Source: Sphyrna mokarran
Taxonomy: Eukaryota
Direction of reading: 5' to 3'
Assembly: GCA_024679065.1 (NCBI GenBank)
Contig: JAGIQG010000003.1
Coordinates: 106,144,001-106,208,000 of the forward strand
Length of the DNA stretch: 64,000 bases
Shown here: piece after piece, positions 12,711-25,465 of the stretch
Numbering within the stretch: position 1 is the first letter of the stretch
Layout of the letters: each line of letters opens with the position of its first letter
Program-made: the position numbers and the translations under genes
Notes under the pieces: generated by a model
What the model saw: only the letters and a program-made list of their open reading frames with translations
Databases searched by the model: none
What the model was told of the DNA's origin: nothing

Positions 12711-13179
12711 AATAAAGACACAGCATGTGGAAAGAAACAGAGTTATGTAATGGAATCTTTTGCTTGGAGGCAGGAAGGACACTTCATTAATGGAGGTTTT
12801 GTGGTGTTCCTGAATCCTGCCGCCATTCTGGTCTGCCAGAATTGGTTAAAAGAAAAGTGCCTGTCCCCTGGTCGTAATGGTGTCCACTGGTCAAATGCAC
12901 TTAGTGCCTAATCAAGGGAATGGGCAAAGGGCAGAATTTTTTCCACTGGCAGCCTTCTGCTGCCTGACCCTCCTCCCACTTCAGCCCCTGACCCTACAGC
13001 CCAGAATCTCTCCCTTCCCCATCTCACTTCTAGGTCCTGTGACTCAGGAAAAGTGCTGTTCTGGCAGCAGCCACTATCTCTGCTGTGGCGCTGTTGATCA
13101 CAGGGCTGCCAACCTTTGATTGCGAGCAGCTCTGGGTGGCCAGGACTTCAATCTTTGAGGACTTGATTCTTAGAATAGA

Positions 13180-13485
13180 ATTTTATCGGATCCCTACAGT
13201 GCACAAGGAGACCATTTGGCTCATCGGGTCTGCATTGACCACAATCCCACCCAGGCCCTATTCTCATAACCCATGCATTTACTCCAGCTAGTCCCCCTTA
13301 CACTAAGGGGTAATTTAGCATGGCCAGTCCACCTAACCTGTACATCTTTAGACTGTGGGAAGAAACCGGAGCACCTGGAGGAAACCCATTCAGACTCATG
13401 GAGAATGTGTAAACTCCACAGAGATAGTGATCCAAGCCAGGAATCGAACCCGGGTCCCTGATGCTTACCACTCTGCCACCATGCC
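13180..13485 (-). mobile_element. HE1-type V-SINE, tail A
   Basis: Reverse complement of the full HE1 pattern (ccctacagtgcacaaggagaccatttggctcatcg...ggaatcgaacccgggtccctg). Confidence 0.9.
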
Positions 13486-13894
13486 AATTCTGGAGGAAGA
13501 CCACTCGTGTCCCTTGGATTAAGATTGAGTTGGCCTTCGAAAGAAGAGTTAACACGGATCTGTTCAGGCTCAGAAGCCGGCAGCTCCTGTGTTTGAATAA
13601 TTACAAAGGCTGAGTATCTTGCACTCTTGCCTTCAAGGCCCATTTTCTAACTTCAATTGCATTCACGCTCTCTTGTCCCTGACCACAAATCAAACTAGAA
13701 CACCATGTCCGAAGGAATGCAACTGACTCCTGATACAAAGTACCCAGGTAACTTTCACCCTGCTTGATGGATTACAGTGTCTGTACCTCAGCCATCAGCT
13801 CAGTGACTCAGCCAAAGTTTGTCAGCTGCCAGACAATAACTGCAGACGTATTTGCCCTGGATTTTGCTGGCTTTCTAGAGCATCCACAATCAGC

Positions 13895-15085
13895 AGTCTG
13901 ATTGTGTTAACCCCCCTCACCCCGTCACAAAGCCTGATTGTGTTAACTCCCATCCCAAAGTCTGATTGTATTAATCCCTCTGCCCCAAAGTCTGATTGCA
14001 ATAACCCTCCCCGTCCCAATGTTTCATTGTATTAACCCCACTCCCAAAGTCTGAATGTACTAACCCCCCATTCTAAAGTCTGATTGTATTAATCCCCGTC
14101 CCAAAGTCTGATTGTATTAATCCCCGTCCCAAAGTCTGATTGTATTAATCCCCATCCCAAAGTCTGATTATATTAATCCCCGTCCCAATGTCTGATTGTA
14201 TTAAACACCCCCGTCTCAAAGTCTGATTGTGTTAATCTCCAGTCCCAAAGTCTGATTGTATTAACCCACCCCTCCCAAAGTTTGATTGCATTAAACCCCA
14301 TCCCAAAGTCTGATGATATTAACCTCGTCGCAAAGTCTGATTTTGTTAATCCCCCATCCCAAAATTGATTGTATTAATCCCCATGTTCCAAATTCTGATT
14401 GTATGAATCTCTGTCCCAAAGTCCGAGTGTATTAACCCATTACAAGTCAGACTGTATTAACCATCCTGTTCCATAGTCTGATTGTATTAACCTCTGTCGC
14501 ATAGCCTAATTGTGTTATCCTCCGTCCCAAAGTCAGATTGTATTAACCCTATTCTAAAGTCTGATTGGATTAACCACCATTCCAAAGTCTGATTGTATTA
14601 AACCCCCCATCCCAAAGTCTGACTGTAGTAAATGCCCACCTCCCCACTACCCGTCCCAAAGTCTGATTGCATTAAACCCATCCCAAAGAATGGTTGTATT
14701 AATCCCCCAGCCCAAAGTCTGATTGTATTAACCCCCCCCAGCCCAAAGTCTGATTGTATTAACCATCCTGTCCCATAGTCTGATTGTATTAGCCCCATCC
14801 CAAAATCTGATTGTGTTAACCTCCGTCGCATAATCTGATTGTATTAACCACACCTGTCCCATAGTCTTAATTGTATTAAACCCCTGTCCCATAGTTTGAT
14901 TGTATTAACCCCCATCCCAAAATCATTTATATTAACTTCTCCATTTCAAAGTCTGATTGTGTTAACTCCCCGTCCCAAAATCTGATTGTATTAACCCCCC
15001 GTCCCAAAGTCTGATTGTATTAAACCCCCTGTCCCAAAGTCTGATTGTATTAACTCTCCCCCATCCCAGAGTCTGATTGTATTAT
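13895..15085 (+). repeat. ~27-28 bp minisatellite, roughly 40-45 units, consensus CCCAAAGTCTGATTGTATTAA(C/T)CCCCGT
   Basis: Directly visible tandem array, with identical consecutive units around 14077-14160. Confidence 0.97.
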
Positions 15086-18000
15086 CGTCAGTCCAGATGT
15101 TTCACCATTTTAACCTCTCTCTACTGATCTCATGGTTTTATCCTCCTGCTGTCCAAAAATCACTGTTTTAACCTCTCTCCAAAAGTTCAACTGTTTTAAC
15201 CTCTCTCTCCAAATGTTTTATTTTGTAAGCTGTTTTTTCTGAAGTCGCTATTTTATCCTCTCTCCTGAAGCCTTGCTGTTAAGTCTCATTTATTTTAATC
15301 ATTTTCTCAAAAGCCTCTGTTTAAGTCTGTTCTTCCATTCTGTTCCTATATTTAAATTGATTACCAGACTTTTCCATGCTCTCTGGCAGGTTTCAATCTC
15401 TCCTATGGTGCTTCCCTTCTGTGCATTTACATTACTTTGTGACATTTTTAAACTTCATTTTACTCTATTCTGTCCACCCATCCAGTTGTTATTGCTTACC
15501 AGAATAAATTTAATCTGTATCTTAGCTACTTTATATTTCAGTATGCCTCACTTTCATTGCTGTTCAAACTCCAATATTTTTGACCAGTTAACTTTGGGCA
15601 GATTCCCTCTTCATTCCAGCAAAATCAGCAAACTTATTGTCCAACACCTTTATCTTGGACTCTTCTTCCCCTTTATTTCAACTTGAATCCAATTAAATTG
15701 TGTCAGCTATTTGCCATGTGTTCCCTGCTCTCAGGTTGCTTGCTTGCTCTGCATTGTTATATAATGATATACACCTAGAGCCAGTTCAAGCAAGACCACA
15801 AGGAAACAGCTCTGAATGCATTCAATGGAACCCTTACTTATTTTGACCGCAAATGATTATTTAATCCGAGTCCACTTTAGGTTAGTTCAGAAACCCATTA
15901 GTGTAATTGTATGACTGCTGCTCGAAGTTGGCAACAAGGATGCACACTTGTGGAGCACAGAGATATACAATAAATAAAGGGATTTTTTTTCCTAATGGCT
16001 TCCCTTGAAGTGCCTATTCCAAATAGCGGAAGTTCTGTTCAGGGCCTTTATTAGTCTTATGCAAAATTTTTCAGTTTTCATCGCTGTGCACCCTGCATGA
16101 ATAGCTTAGGCAAATAACGCAGGGTTTCAGCACTTGACCTTTTCATGGCATTATTAGTCCTTCTGCACCACAAGGTCGTTGCTTTCTTTAGTTGCACTTA
16201 ACTTTTGATGGTTCACAGGAAGTTGGTTAATGTTATGCGGAAAACATAATGGTGGTAAAAGACCAATCAAAAACTGCACTGGTAATAAAGATACTGAATA
16301 ACATTTTGGTGATTCCAGTAAGAAGACACTTAAGACAGGTGCCTAGACCGCCAATTAATTTTCTCAACTGGGAGCCTTTCATTTGTTAGAAAGGCTTCTG
16401 GATGGGTGACTGGTTAGAATACCAGAGAAGTCTGTAATTCAACTGGCTCAAATAAAGTAATGGGGACTGCAGGTGGGGGAAACATGCTGCAGAAAGAAAT
16501 TAGAAATTATTCATGAGAGAAAGCTAACTTTCAATTTGGAATATTGAAACTATCTGTTCTGGTAGGTTTAGAGTTAACAGACAGGAGTTTTTTTTTAATA
16601 AAAGCAGTCTTCTGCTATCCTAATAAACCGCCGACTACAGCACTCTAACTTCTGTCAGTAGAGATTAATGGCACCTGAAATTGCAAATGCAAATTGTCAC
16701 CAATACGTGTTCCTCTTATTCAAAATTTTAGCTCAACTGGTGGCAGCCATCTTATTCTGCAGACACGGGCAAGGTCATTTTACCAGGATAAACACAAAGA
16801 CAAATTTTCCCAAGCACAGTGAATGATACTTTACTGGCTAAATCTTTGTGCAGCAAGTACAGTATCCTTTAACAGTCTTCCATACAAATTGTAACTTGTA
16901 CATGCATGTGTTGTTACGTTATTTGCAGGTTATGAACTGGCAGGGTCATTTCACAATGGCACCATTAGAAGCACAGTTTAACGCACTAATTCTGTGCATG
17001 ACTAGCTATTAGGCGGTGGAGACATCACGTCTAGACAAGAACGGGTGATTTATTTGCCTTTCAGTTGCAATTCACTTCAGAGTCTTGTTTCATATCTATT
17101 ACAGATGAAATGACCTAAAAAGAACTGATTAATGCCCTCATTGAATGGAAACCTCCTGGCAGTCCGAACTGTATTCTGCAGACAAGTTTGCAAATAGCTG
17201 GCAATTAGCAAGAATAGATGCACTGGAAGTTATACAAAGATTAGACATGGTATTTAATTTGAAAGTTGAGATTACAGTTGTGGCCAATATTTCATCATGT
17301 GCTTTTAGTAGTGAAATTGAATTCAACAATGATTCTTAAAAACAAAGTTTCGTGCAATCTGCAGTGCAAGCACTAATGAAGTGATATCAAGGCACGGTAT
17401 GTCACCTTAATTCAAGGGACAAAGGGAAAGTGATATTGATTCACTGTGTGGGGAAACAGTTCAGAGCCAAAAGTCTTTAAATTCCCATCATTTGCATCAG
17501 CAGTATGTTCACCTTGCATAATAAATGTAATCCAATAGGAACAGACTGTGTTATAGCACATAATTAAAAATTACACTAAATCCTTCTCTTCTGTCCTAAT
17601 TATAGGAAACAATCAAAATCATTTTTGTATGGAACTTGCACTATAAATCAATACTTCCAATTTTGTTATAAAAAGATTAATGTAAGATACTTTAATGTTT
17701 TGGAAATATTTTGTAAATTGAGTAATCTTAAATGAGAAGAATATTTTGTTTGCAAACATAGCATGTACATCCTTTAATAATTCATCATGCCATTGTAAAA
17801 GAAATTCTTCCAAATATATGCCCAAGTCAAAATGACCTGAAACTGATTACATTCAGGAAGCAACATTCATGGATTTGTAGGTCATCTGAGACACTTCTCT
17901 TGCTTTGCCCGATCCTGCTATTCCCATAAGTTAATGTAAGTCAGGTGCAACTTTGATTATGTTTGCAGCAGAGAGCTTCCTTCAGGGAAACAGTTTCTTG

Positions 18001-21000
18001 TTTAAACAAAAAATATTTTGTTGCTCACATTTTGTAGCATTAAATCTACAACAATGGGAGTGGTGGCATCATTCTAGTGAAACAGTAGAGATAAAGTTCA
18101 AGGTATAATAATGATATTTACTGGGGAATGGGTATTAATATAAGAGTCCATCAAAAGCTAGAATGGATTTCCAGGAAGAACTTTTCAGATCAAGACACTG
18201 AATATGATTAAACAAATGAGAAGATAGTCAAGTACTATCTTGAAAGAATGAGAATGAGATCAAAGGGCTGAAAATATTTTTTGAATTGTTTTGCATTAAG
18301 AGTTTCCAAGTGGCAAGTTACAACATTGTAATCTTTTCAGTTAATGGATGGAATTGATGTTATTGAACCTAAATGTCAAAAATCACTGCATCCATCTAAT
18401 TCTTCAGCTCCTTAACTTTCCCAGTTTTAATTTCTCCACCATTAGCAACCATGCTATCATCTGTCAAGGTCTAAAGCTTGGGGATTTCTCCCTATACCCT
18501 TCTTTCTCTCTTTCCTCCTCAAAAACATTGAAGCAAGTCATTTTTGATCATCTTTTTGGTCAAATATCTTTATATCACCTTATGTTGCTCGGTGTCAAGT
18601 TTGCTTTACGATGCTTCTGTGAAACATGTTGGGAAATGTTGGGATATTATAGCATCCACTTAATGGGAATTAATGATCATTGGCTCGTTGGATATTTCTA
18701 GATGAATTGTCATGTGTTATTTAAAGCATTCCCTGGGAACAAAATTAGTAACACAACGCAAAATGTTTATTAAAAATCCACTGATATCAGTTCAGACATC
18801 ATTTCCACTGACCTAAATGGGTTCCCTGTTGTCCGTATCTTTAGATCATTACATGATCTGCAACCTTTATTAGTTCTGTGATTTTGATCTTTTGCGCCTC
18901 TTCCTTTCCATCTTCACACCACTGGTGAAGAAGCCTCCCCGTTCTCTGGAACTTCCTCCTTGACTTCTTTATCTGTCCATAAGACCTCCAGAAACCTCTT
19001 GGAGACCCATTGTTCTGCCCAAGAATTTTGTCTCCTACCTGTCACAACATGGCTCAGCTGTTATTCCTTTATTCTGTGCATCCATTGTGTTTTCTGTTCC
19101 TCTATCTGAAGCATTTTGGAATATTTTCTTCACAAAAACTCTACAAAAAAGCAAGTTGTTTTTGGCTCCAGAAAATAATTGCCTGAGCCCCAACTTTGTG
19201 AAGCAAGTTTGTTTGCTGAATTGAATGTTTCAGTCCAGCATCACCTCCCACTAGTTAACCATCTGGGTGAAATTTTTGGCAAAGGCAATATATAAATTTA
19301 CAAAGCTATTTATATGCAAATGTTTTTGTACTGTTGCATTCATAATTTGATTTTGGCCAAAGAAGGAATGGTTTGCTGTCAGCTACAACAAAAGAAGGCA
19401 GAACTTTCCATTCTGGAGATCAGGTGTGTGGTATGAAAGGAAAGTCGATATGATCCTTACTGGGTGCCAGTCAAATTTATCTGCCTGATGTTGCACATTT
19501 CAGTTGGTTAATTATGCATCAACAAGAAGCTCTTTAAATGGAGAAGTGATGGACAGTCCATATTCTGTCTGACATCACAGCTTCAGCTAGTGAGTGTGAA
19601 GGGCAGTGACCATCTTGGGATCCAGGTCCAGCAGTTTCTGCCAGATTTGCACTTGGATCTATGTACCGTGAGAGGGGATAAGGCACCTCAACTCCCTCTG
19701 TGTACCCCTTTTCCTCAAGGAATCAAGATCCTTTGGACACCGAAAGGCAGGAGACACATCAACCTGACACCCTGAGAGCATCCACCCTGTACAATGCAAG
19801 GATGCCCTGCTGCTTTAAGTGCTCTCTGCCCTTGACTCCATCAACTTCAGCAGGTCAGACTGAAGAGGGTGCATCTGGCCCAGAGCAGCACACTCTTAGC
19901 TGGCTAGGGCCATTCAGGTGTCAGGCCTCCCAAGGATGCTTGTCAAAGTTATCTCAGATAACAGTGCACAAAGCCTGTATCTCTGCTGCAGATATCAAGG
20001 CTACACTTAACCTAGCGGTAACGTTTTGACTGTCCCATTGTGGCACAGGTATTCATTCACTGTATATAACCTGCATTAGTATATTTCATGTTTCTCCCTC
20101 TCAGTCTCAGGTTTTGAATGGCTAATCCATGTGACGCAAGGTCCCACATTCAATCAAGGATGCAAAATAAATTCCCTTCTTCCCCCATCTTGACCTCAGT
20201 TCCATTAAGTCTCACTCAATTTCATCACAGTGTATCTCCTTTAGTTCACATCAGCAACATGAACAAAAACATATCCTTTTGAAAATGGTGGATGGACAAT
20301 ATACAGGTACCCTTCTATCATGGGCAGACATAATTTGACCTCAGGAGTATTGTTCATCAAGGTTCAAGAATATCCCAGTGCAGTTGTGCTGAAGTGTAGT
20401 TTCTGGATGTTATAAGTATTTATTGTGACTAATGTTATAATCTTATCACTTAAGTGCACTTTGCAATGGTCTTTATTCTAAGGCTGTGAATTTTTGGAAA
20501 AGTAGTATTCGACACTGATCACTATAACTTTTCCAGCCTCCCAGAATCAATTTTTCTTTTTGCATTTAAGGCTGAGTGTTATTCCTGTGTTAGATCCCAC
20601 TCTTCCTATGCCTCTTATCAGGAAAGCTGGTGTTTGGAAAGATGATGTTGTCTGGATGGATGTAGCTTCTTCTTCAGAGGGTCAACACTAATCATTGACA
20701 AAAGTTTTTTGTGATAAAGTGGCCTTTCTAAGCTGCTGTCACATTGGTATGAATGCGCTCATTTGTGCAATAGCATTTTATCTTATTGAAGCATGTCATG
20801 GCCACAGACATGTCGTCTCCATGATTGAAAGATATGCATTACAGGTAGTTGCTTCAGGATGTGTGCTAGTGCAGTGCTTATCATGTTCCCTGTGACTGCA
20901 TGATTCCTAGGCTACTGTACCTTCCAACAATGATCCCATTGTTAGCATTGAAAGTAACTTGTACTTTCTCGGTGATTATTGTGAGATTGATGACCTTTTC

Positions 21001-21596
21001 TAATATATTGAAAATGACAATTAGGGTGTTGTTGTGCCCCTGAATCAAAGCTTGAAGAGAACTTTGATCATGAAAACATGCCTTCACCTTATTCCTCTTA
21101 AAATCTGACAGCTGGGAAGTTGCCTTTGGTCTGCCAGGTTATACCTTGGCAATTGCACCCATGTGTACCTCATCTGAATCCTCCCCCTCTTCAGCCTCAT
21201 CCCCTTACAAGTCCTCCTCACTGGAGGAGATGTCTAGCTCCTCTTGTGTCTCCCTATGGCAACATATCCCTCCTTTGCAATGCTAGATTGTGTAGGACAC
21301 AGCAAAAATGATAATAAGGGCACTCTCTGCACTACTTATTGGAGAGCCCTGCTTCATAGGTACAAACATCTAAAATACATTTTCAAGAGACCAGTGGTCT
21401 ATTCTGTTGAGAGCCTTGTGGCTGAATATACAGGCATTGCCTATTGTAGCTGACAAATGAGTATCATTAGCCATGTCTTCTGGGGGTATACCTTAACTTC
21501 AAGGAACCAGTCCTCTGAGTGCCAAATCAAATAGCTTTGGCATCTGGAAGTGACTCAAAATGTATGAACATTGTGAACTAACTATGTACTGAGCGT

Positions 21597-21895
21597 GGAC
21601 AGAATGGTGGACAGTGGTTAGGACTGCTGCCTCATAGCACCAGGGACCAGGGTTCAATTCCCAGCTTGGGTCACTGTGTGTGGTTTACATGTTCTCCCTG
21701 TGTCTGTGTGGGTTTCCTCCAGGTGCTCCAGCTTCCTTCCACAGTCTGAAAGACATGCTGGTTAAGTGCATTGGCCGTGCTAACTTCTCTCTCTGTATAC
21801 CCAAACAGGTGCTGTTGTGTGACAATTGGGGGATTTTCATAGTAACTTCTTTGCAGTGTTAATGTAAGTTTACTTGTGACACTAATAAATTTTAA
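21597..21895 (+). mobile_element. V-SINE, tail B
   Basis: Head, V-domain and ...cagtgttaatgtaagtttacttgtgacactaataaa. Confidence 0.9.
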
Positions 21896-22126
21896 GAAGC
21901 ACACTGGATCTGCTTCCTGTGATCACAAATAAGTTGAACATTCCAAGAGTGAAATACTTTTCTATTGATGAATTTCACTGGCTGCTGCCATGGAGTTCTC
22001 AGGCTACATGTATAAGTTGATGGTGTTCTGCACTTGCAGGAAGCCTGAGACTGCAGCAAATCCCACTGCTGAAGACAGCCTTGCTTGCTTCATCCAGAAG
22101 GTACAATGGTTGCGGATGGGGCATTA

Positions 22127-22692
22127 AGTATAAAAATTAACGAATGATGTTACAGTTGTATAAAATATTGGTTAGGTTACATTTGGAATACTGTGTCCAA
22201 TTCTAGTTACCACGCTATAAGAAGGTGGATACTTTGGAGAGAATGCAGAAGAGGTTTATCAGGATGTTGTCTGCTGTGGAGGGTATTAGCTATGAGGAGA
22301 GATTGAATAAATTGGGATTGTCCTCCCTAGAAAGACAGAGGCTGAGAGGTGACCTGATAGAAGTTTATAAAACTGAGGGGCATAGATAAGGTGAAAAGTT
22401 GAAAGCTTTTTCCCAGGGCAGAAATGACAATTATAAAAGGGGCACAAGTTCAAGATAAGGGAGAAAATGTTCAGTAAAGATGTGCAGGGAAAGTATTTTA
22501 TACAGAAGGTGATGGGAGCCTGGAATGCACAGCCAAGTGAGGTGGTTGAGGTAGTTAAGTTAGTCATATTTAAGACTTATCTTGATAGACATATGAACAA
22601 ATGGAGAATAGAGTAATATAAGCGGTTGGTTAGGTAGGTAAACATGAGTAGCACAGGCTTGGAGGGGCTGTCCATTGCTGTATTGTTCTTTA
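22127..22692 (+). mobile_element. CR1/HER1 LINE 3' fragment
   Basis: Decayed C-terminal ORF2 (tatgaggagagattgaataaattggga...agaggtgacctgatagaagtttataaa) and tail tgctgtattgttctttattctt. Confidence 0.85.
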
Positions 22693-22694
22693 TT

Positions 22695-22915
22695 CTTATA
22701 AACTTTATTGAAAAGGGCATCTGTAACCTCCCTTATGCATTTATATGTCAACAACTGTGTGATCCTGCAAAGGTCCCCAAGTGGAGCTCTGTAAGGATCT
22801 GCAAATAAAAACGTTCAGTGTGATGGTGGCTTTCAAAGCAACCGGCACTGGATGCCCTCCAAGTCTGTGCAGCATAAGTGCCTCGTGAGAACGTGGCAGA
22901 TGTGAGCTACCACTA
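22695..22915 (-). mobile_element. PIF/Harbinger transposase remnant
   Basis: Minus-strand translation gives GGHPVPVALKATITLN...CIREVTDALF, matching the HARBI1-like motif (PVAVKVTVALNF...CIxxVTDALF). Confidence 0.65.
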
Positions 22916-25129
22916 AGACTCAGGAGTTTTGAGATATAAAATCCTTCTAAATTAAAATTTCTTACGTTCCAAATTCCTAATTTCTTACACCAGGAACCTC
23001 TGTTGTGTGTGCCCGAGCAAGGTACAAATAACTAATATTGATGAATCAAGTAGAATTTATTAAACAGGATTTTACATATCTTTAACAAAACCATGGGAGA
23101 TTGTTCTCCCTCATGTTCCTGGGATTTCTTGAGCGTTCTCAGCACAGGTGATATCTTCCCTTTTGTCTGTCTCAGAAGTGATATTGAACTGTCTCTTAAA
23201 AGAGTCATGTCACAGAAGCCATGGTAACACTGTGCCAACAAAGGGGGCAAACCCCGCTGGAGAAAACAGAGGCAACGGAGGACCCCCAGGAGGTTGGATG
23301 TGATGTGGGATGTTCCTTGGGCAGTGCCAGTCTGGCCCCCAGAATCCCCAAGGGATACTTTAGCACTGCCCACTAGCCATCAGGCAATTAGTGGGGGTGG
23401 GCTGTCCCACTGACACACTGCAGAGGGAGGGAAGGGGGTGATTGGGGCTAGCCATCCTGGGGGGTGGGGGGTGGAATCAGAACTGGCAGGTGGGGCAGCA
23501 TTGCAGGGTTGTGTGTCTGACCAGCCATTGAGCTGACCAGTGATCATGAGGCCAGCAGTGTGGGACCATTGCACAGATCTCCGCTCTGACAGATTGGCAC
23601 ACGTGCAGTGGTATGATTAGCACCATAGCAAATAAGCTCCGCCCCTGATTTTCAGAGTGATTCACGGTGGGGCATCCTGCAGTGCTCAGAGTGTGGGAGA
23701 TACATTCTGAAAATCACGCTAAAAAAAATCAGCGGGAGTTACTCCAGTTTTCATGTAGACTTAGCACTTAGAATTTTTTGGGGGAGAATCGCCCCCAAAG
23801 ATTCCAATTTCCCAACTTCTTTCACCACTTCTCATTATTGCAGAATTCCTTGGAAATAGTCCAAATTCACCTCTTGTGTTGGCTCGGGAGGAGGTTCATC
23901 TGTAACTATAGTCATGTAGATGAAAGGATAATGTCCTTTTCCCCTGGACCTCTAGAGTTTACATTCCATTGTGAACAAATGCTGCATTCTTTGGATATAG
24001 ATTATCAAGGTATAAGCAGTGTCATATCCTCTTGCCAATAGAATACCATGAGTATAGCGTAGGGTTTTGTGTAAAGATAAGATCATTCTAAGTTGAAGCT
24101 ATTTTTCAGCCATTTGTTCAAACAAGGAGTTGCTAAATCCAGATCCTTAGGAAACTTCAATTCACATCATAAAACAATTAAGTGGAGCTTCTCGCAAGCA
24201 ACAGTCTTCGATTATCTTGGCTGCTCACTGTCTCACTAACAGAAATTCAAACTGATCTGTTTAAAAAGTGATAGAAATAAAATCCATAAATCTTAAACCT
24301 TAAATATTAGTAGTATTATCCAAATCTTACACTGCATCCCTAGACAAATGGGATGGTAGGACCCATTGAATGGTCTCCCTTCACATAAAAGATAGGAATA
24401 CAGACCTTGGCTCGCCCTCTGTCTACACATTACATACAAAGGATACCCCTTAAAGTCTGATATCATAATGGAGGACAAGAGGAGGTTGAATTTTCCCTTC
24501 AAATATGACTGGGCATTCACAATGAGGGTTTCAATTAGGGTCAAAAGTCCCAAGACCTAGGATCCATAGTCAGCTTTGTGTTGGTTGTCCTCCAGTGATC
24601 TTGACAATACTTATTAATGCCCAATTCTTGCACTTGTATCCTGACTGCAATTGTGGTCCTTTGAATGTCATGACCAATCCATGAACGCTGGCATTAACAG
24701 TGATGTTCATATGCCATTAATAAATAAAACAAACGAAAAGTCCTTGTACAGTGAGTGCTGAGTTTACAAATGTTGATTTTTCTCCAATGGTTTTTTCTCT
24801 TGTAAATAAGTTTAAAGCGATATAAGGAAGGAACTCCAGCTACATTAGCTAAAGGTCTATGCCAGTTGTTCATCATGTCCACCACAAATGTGCTCAAAAA
24901 TACTTCGTAACTCAAGTAACTACATCCAAGAGCCTAGAGCCATCCTATCATTGAGAATGCTCTGCCTGTACCCATAGTCAGCAAGGAAGATGATGTATGG
25001 AGTTGTATAGTGGTAATGGGGTCTCAGCCTCTGACTGGAGAGCTGATGAGAACCTTACACCATCTTCATTCTGGTAGGCCTGCTGCACCTTATTCCACTC
25101 AGGCACTTTGACAGGTCAGCAATAGGTAT

Positions 25130-25465
25130 TTGGGGCCACACCGTGGTTAGCACTCTGCCTCAAAGCTCCAGAGATCTTAGTTCGATTCCTAGCTTTGGTC
25201 ACTGTGTATGTGGAGTTGGCCTGTTCTCCCTGTGTCTGCATGGGATTCCTCCAGGTGCTTTGGTTTCCTCCCATGCTCCAAAGATGTACGGGTTAGGTGC
25301 ATTGGCCAACGTAAATTGCTCCTTAGTGTCCAAGGATGCTTTGGTTAGAGAGATTAGCAGGGTAAATATGTGGGGTTACGGGGATAAGGCCTAGATGGGA
25401 TTGTTGTTAGTGCAGATTTGATGGGCTGAATGGCTTCCTTTTGTGCTGTAGGGTTTCTATGATTT
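25130..25465 (+). mobile_element. HE1-type V-SINE, tail A
   Basis: Full HE1 pattern ending gctgtagggtttctatgatt. Confidence 0.9.

Noticed and set aside
13895-15085. Regular repeat with variable spacers resembling a CRISPR array
   Set aside because: The spacers are short, homologous C-rich runs, the context is a vertebrate intron, and there are no cas genes. It is a minisatellite.
24293-24553. ORF with KGYPL/GSYH; a similar KGLPLK occurs at 53850-54062, suggesting Harbinger DDE motifs
   Set aside because: Motif order and spacing are too degraded to call without a profile search.
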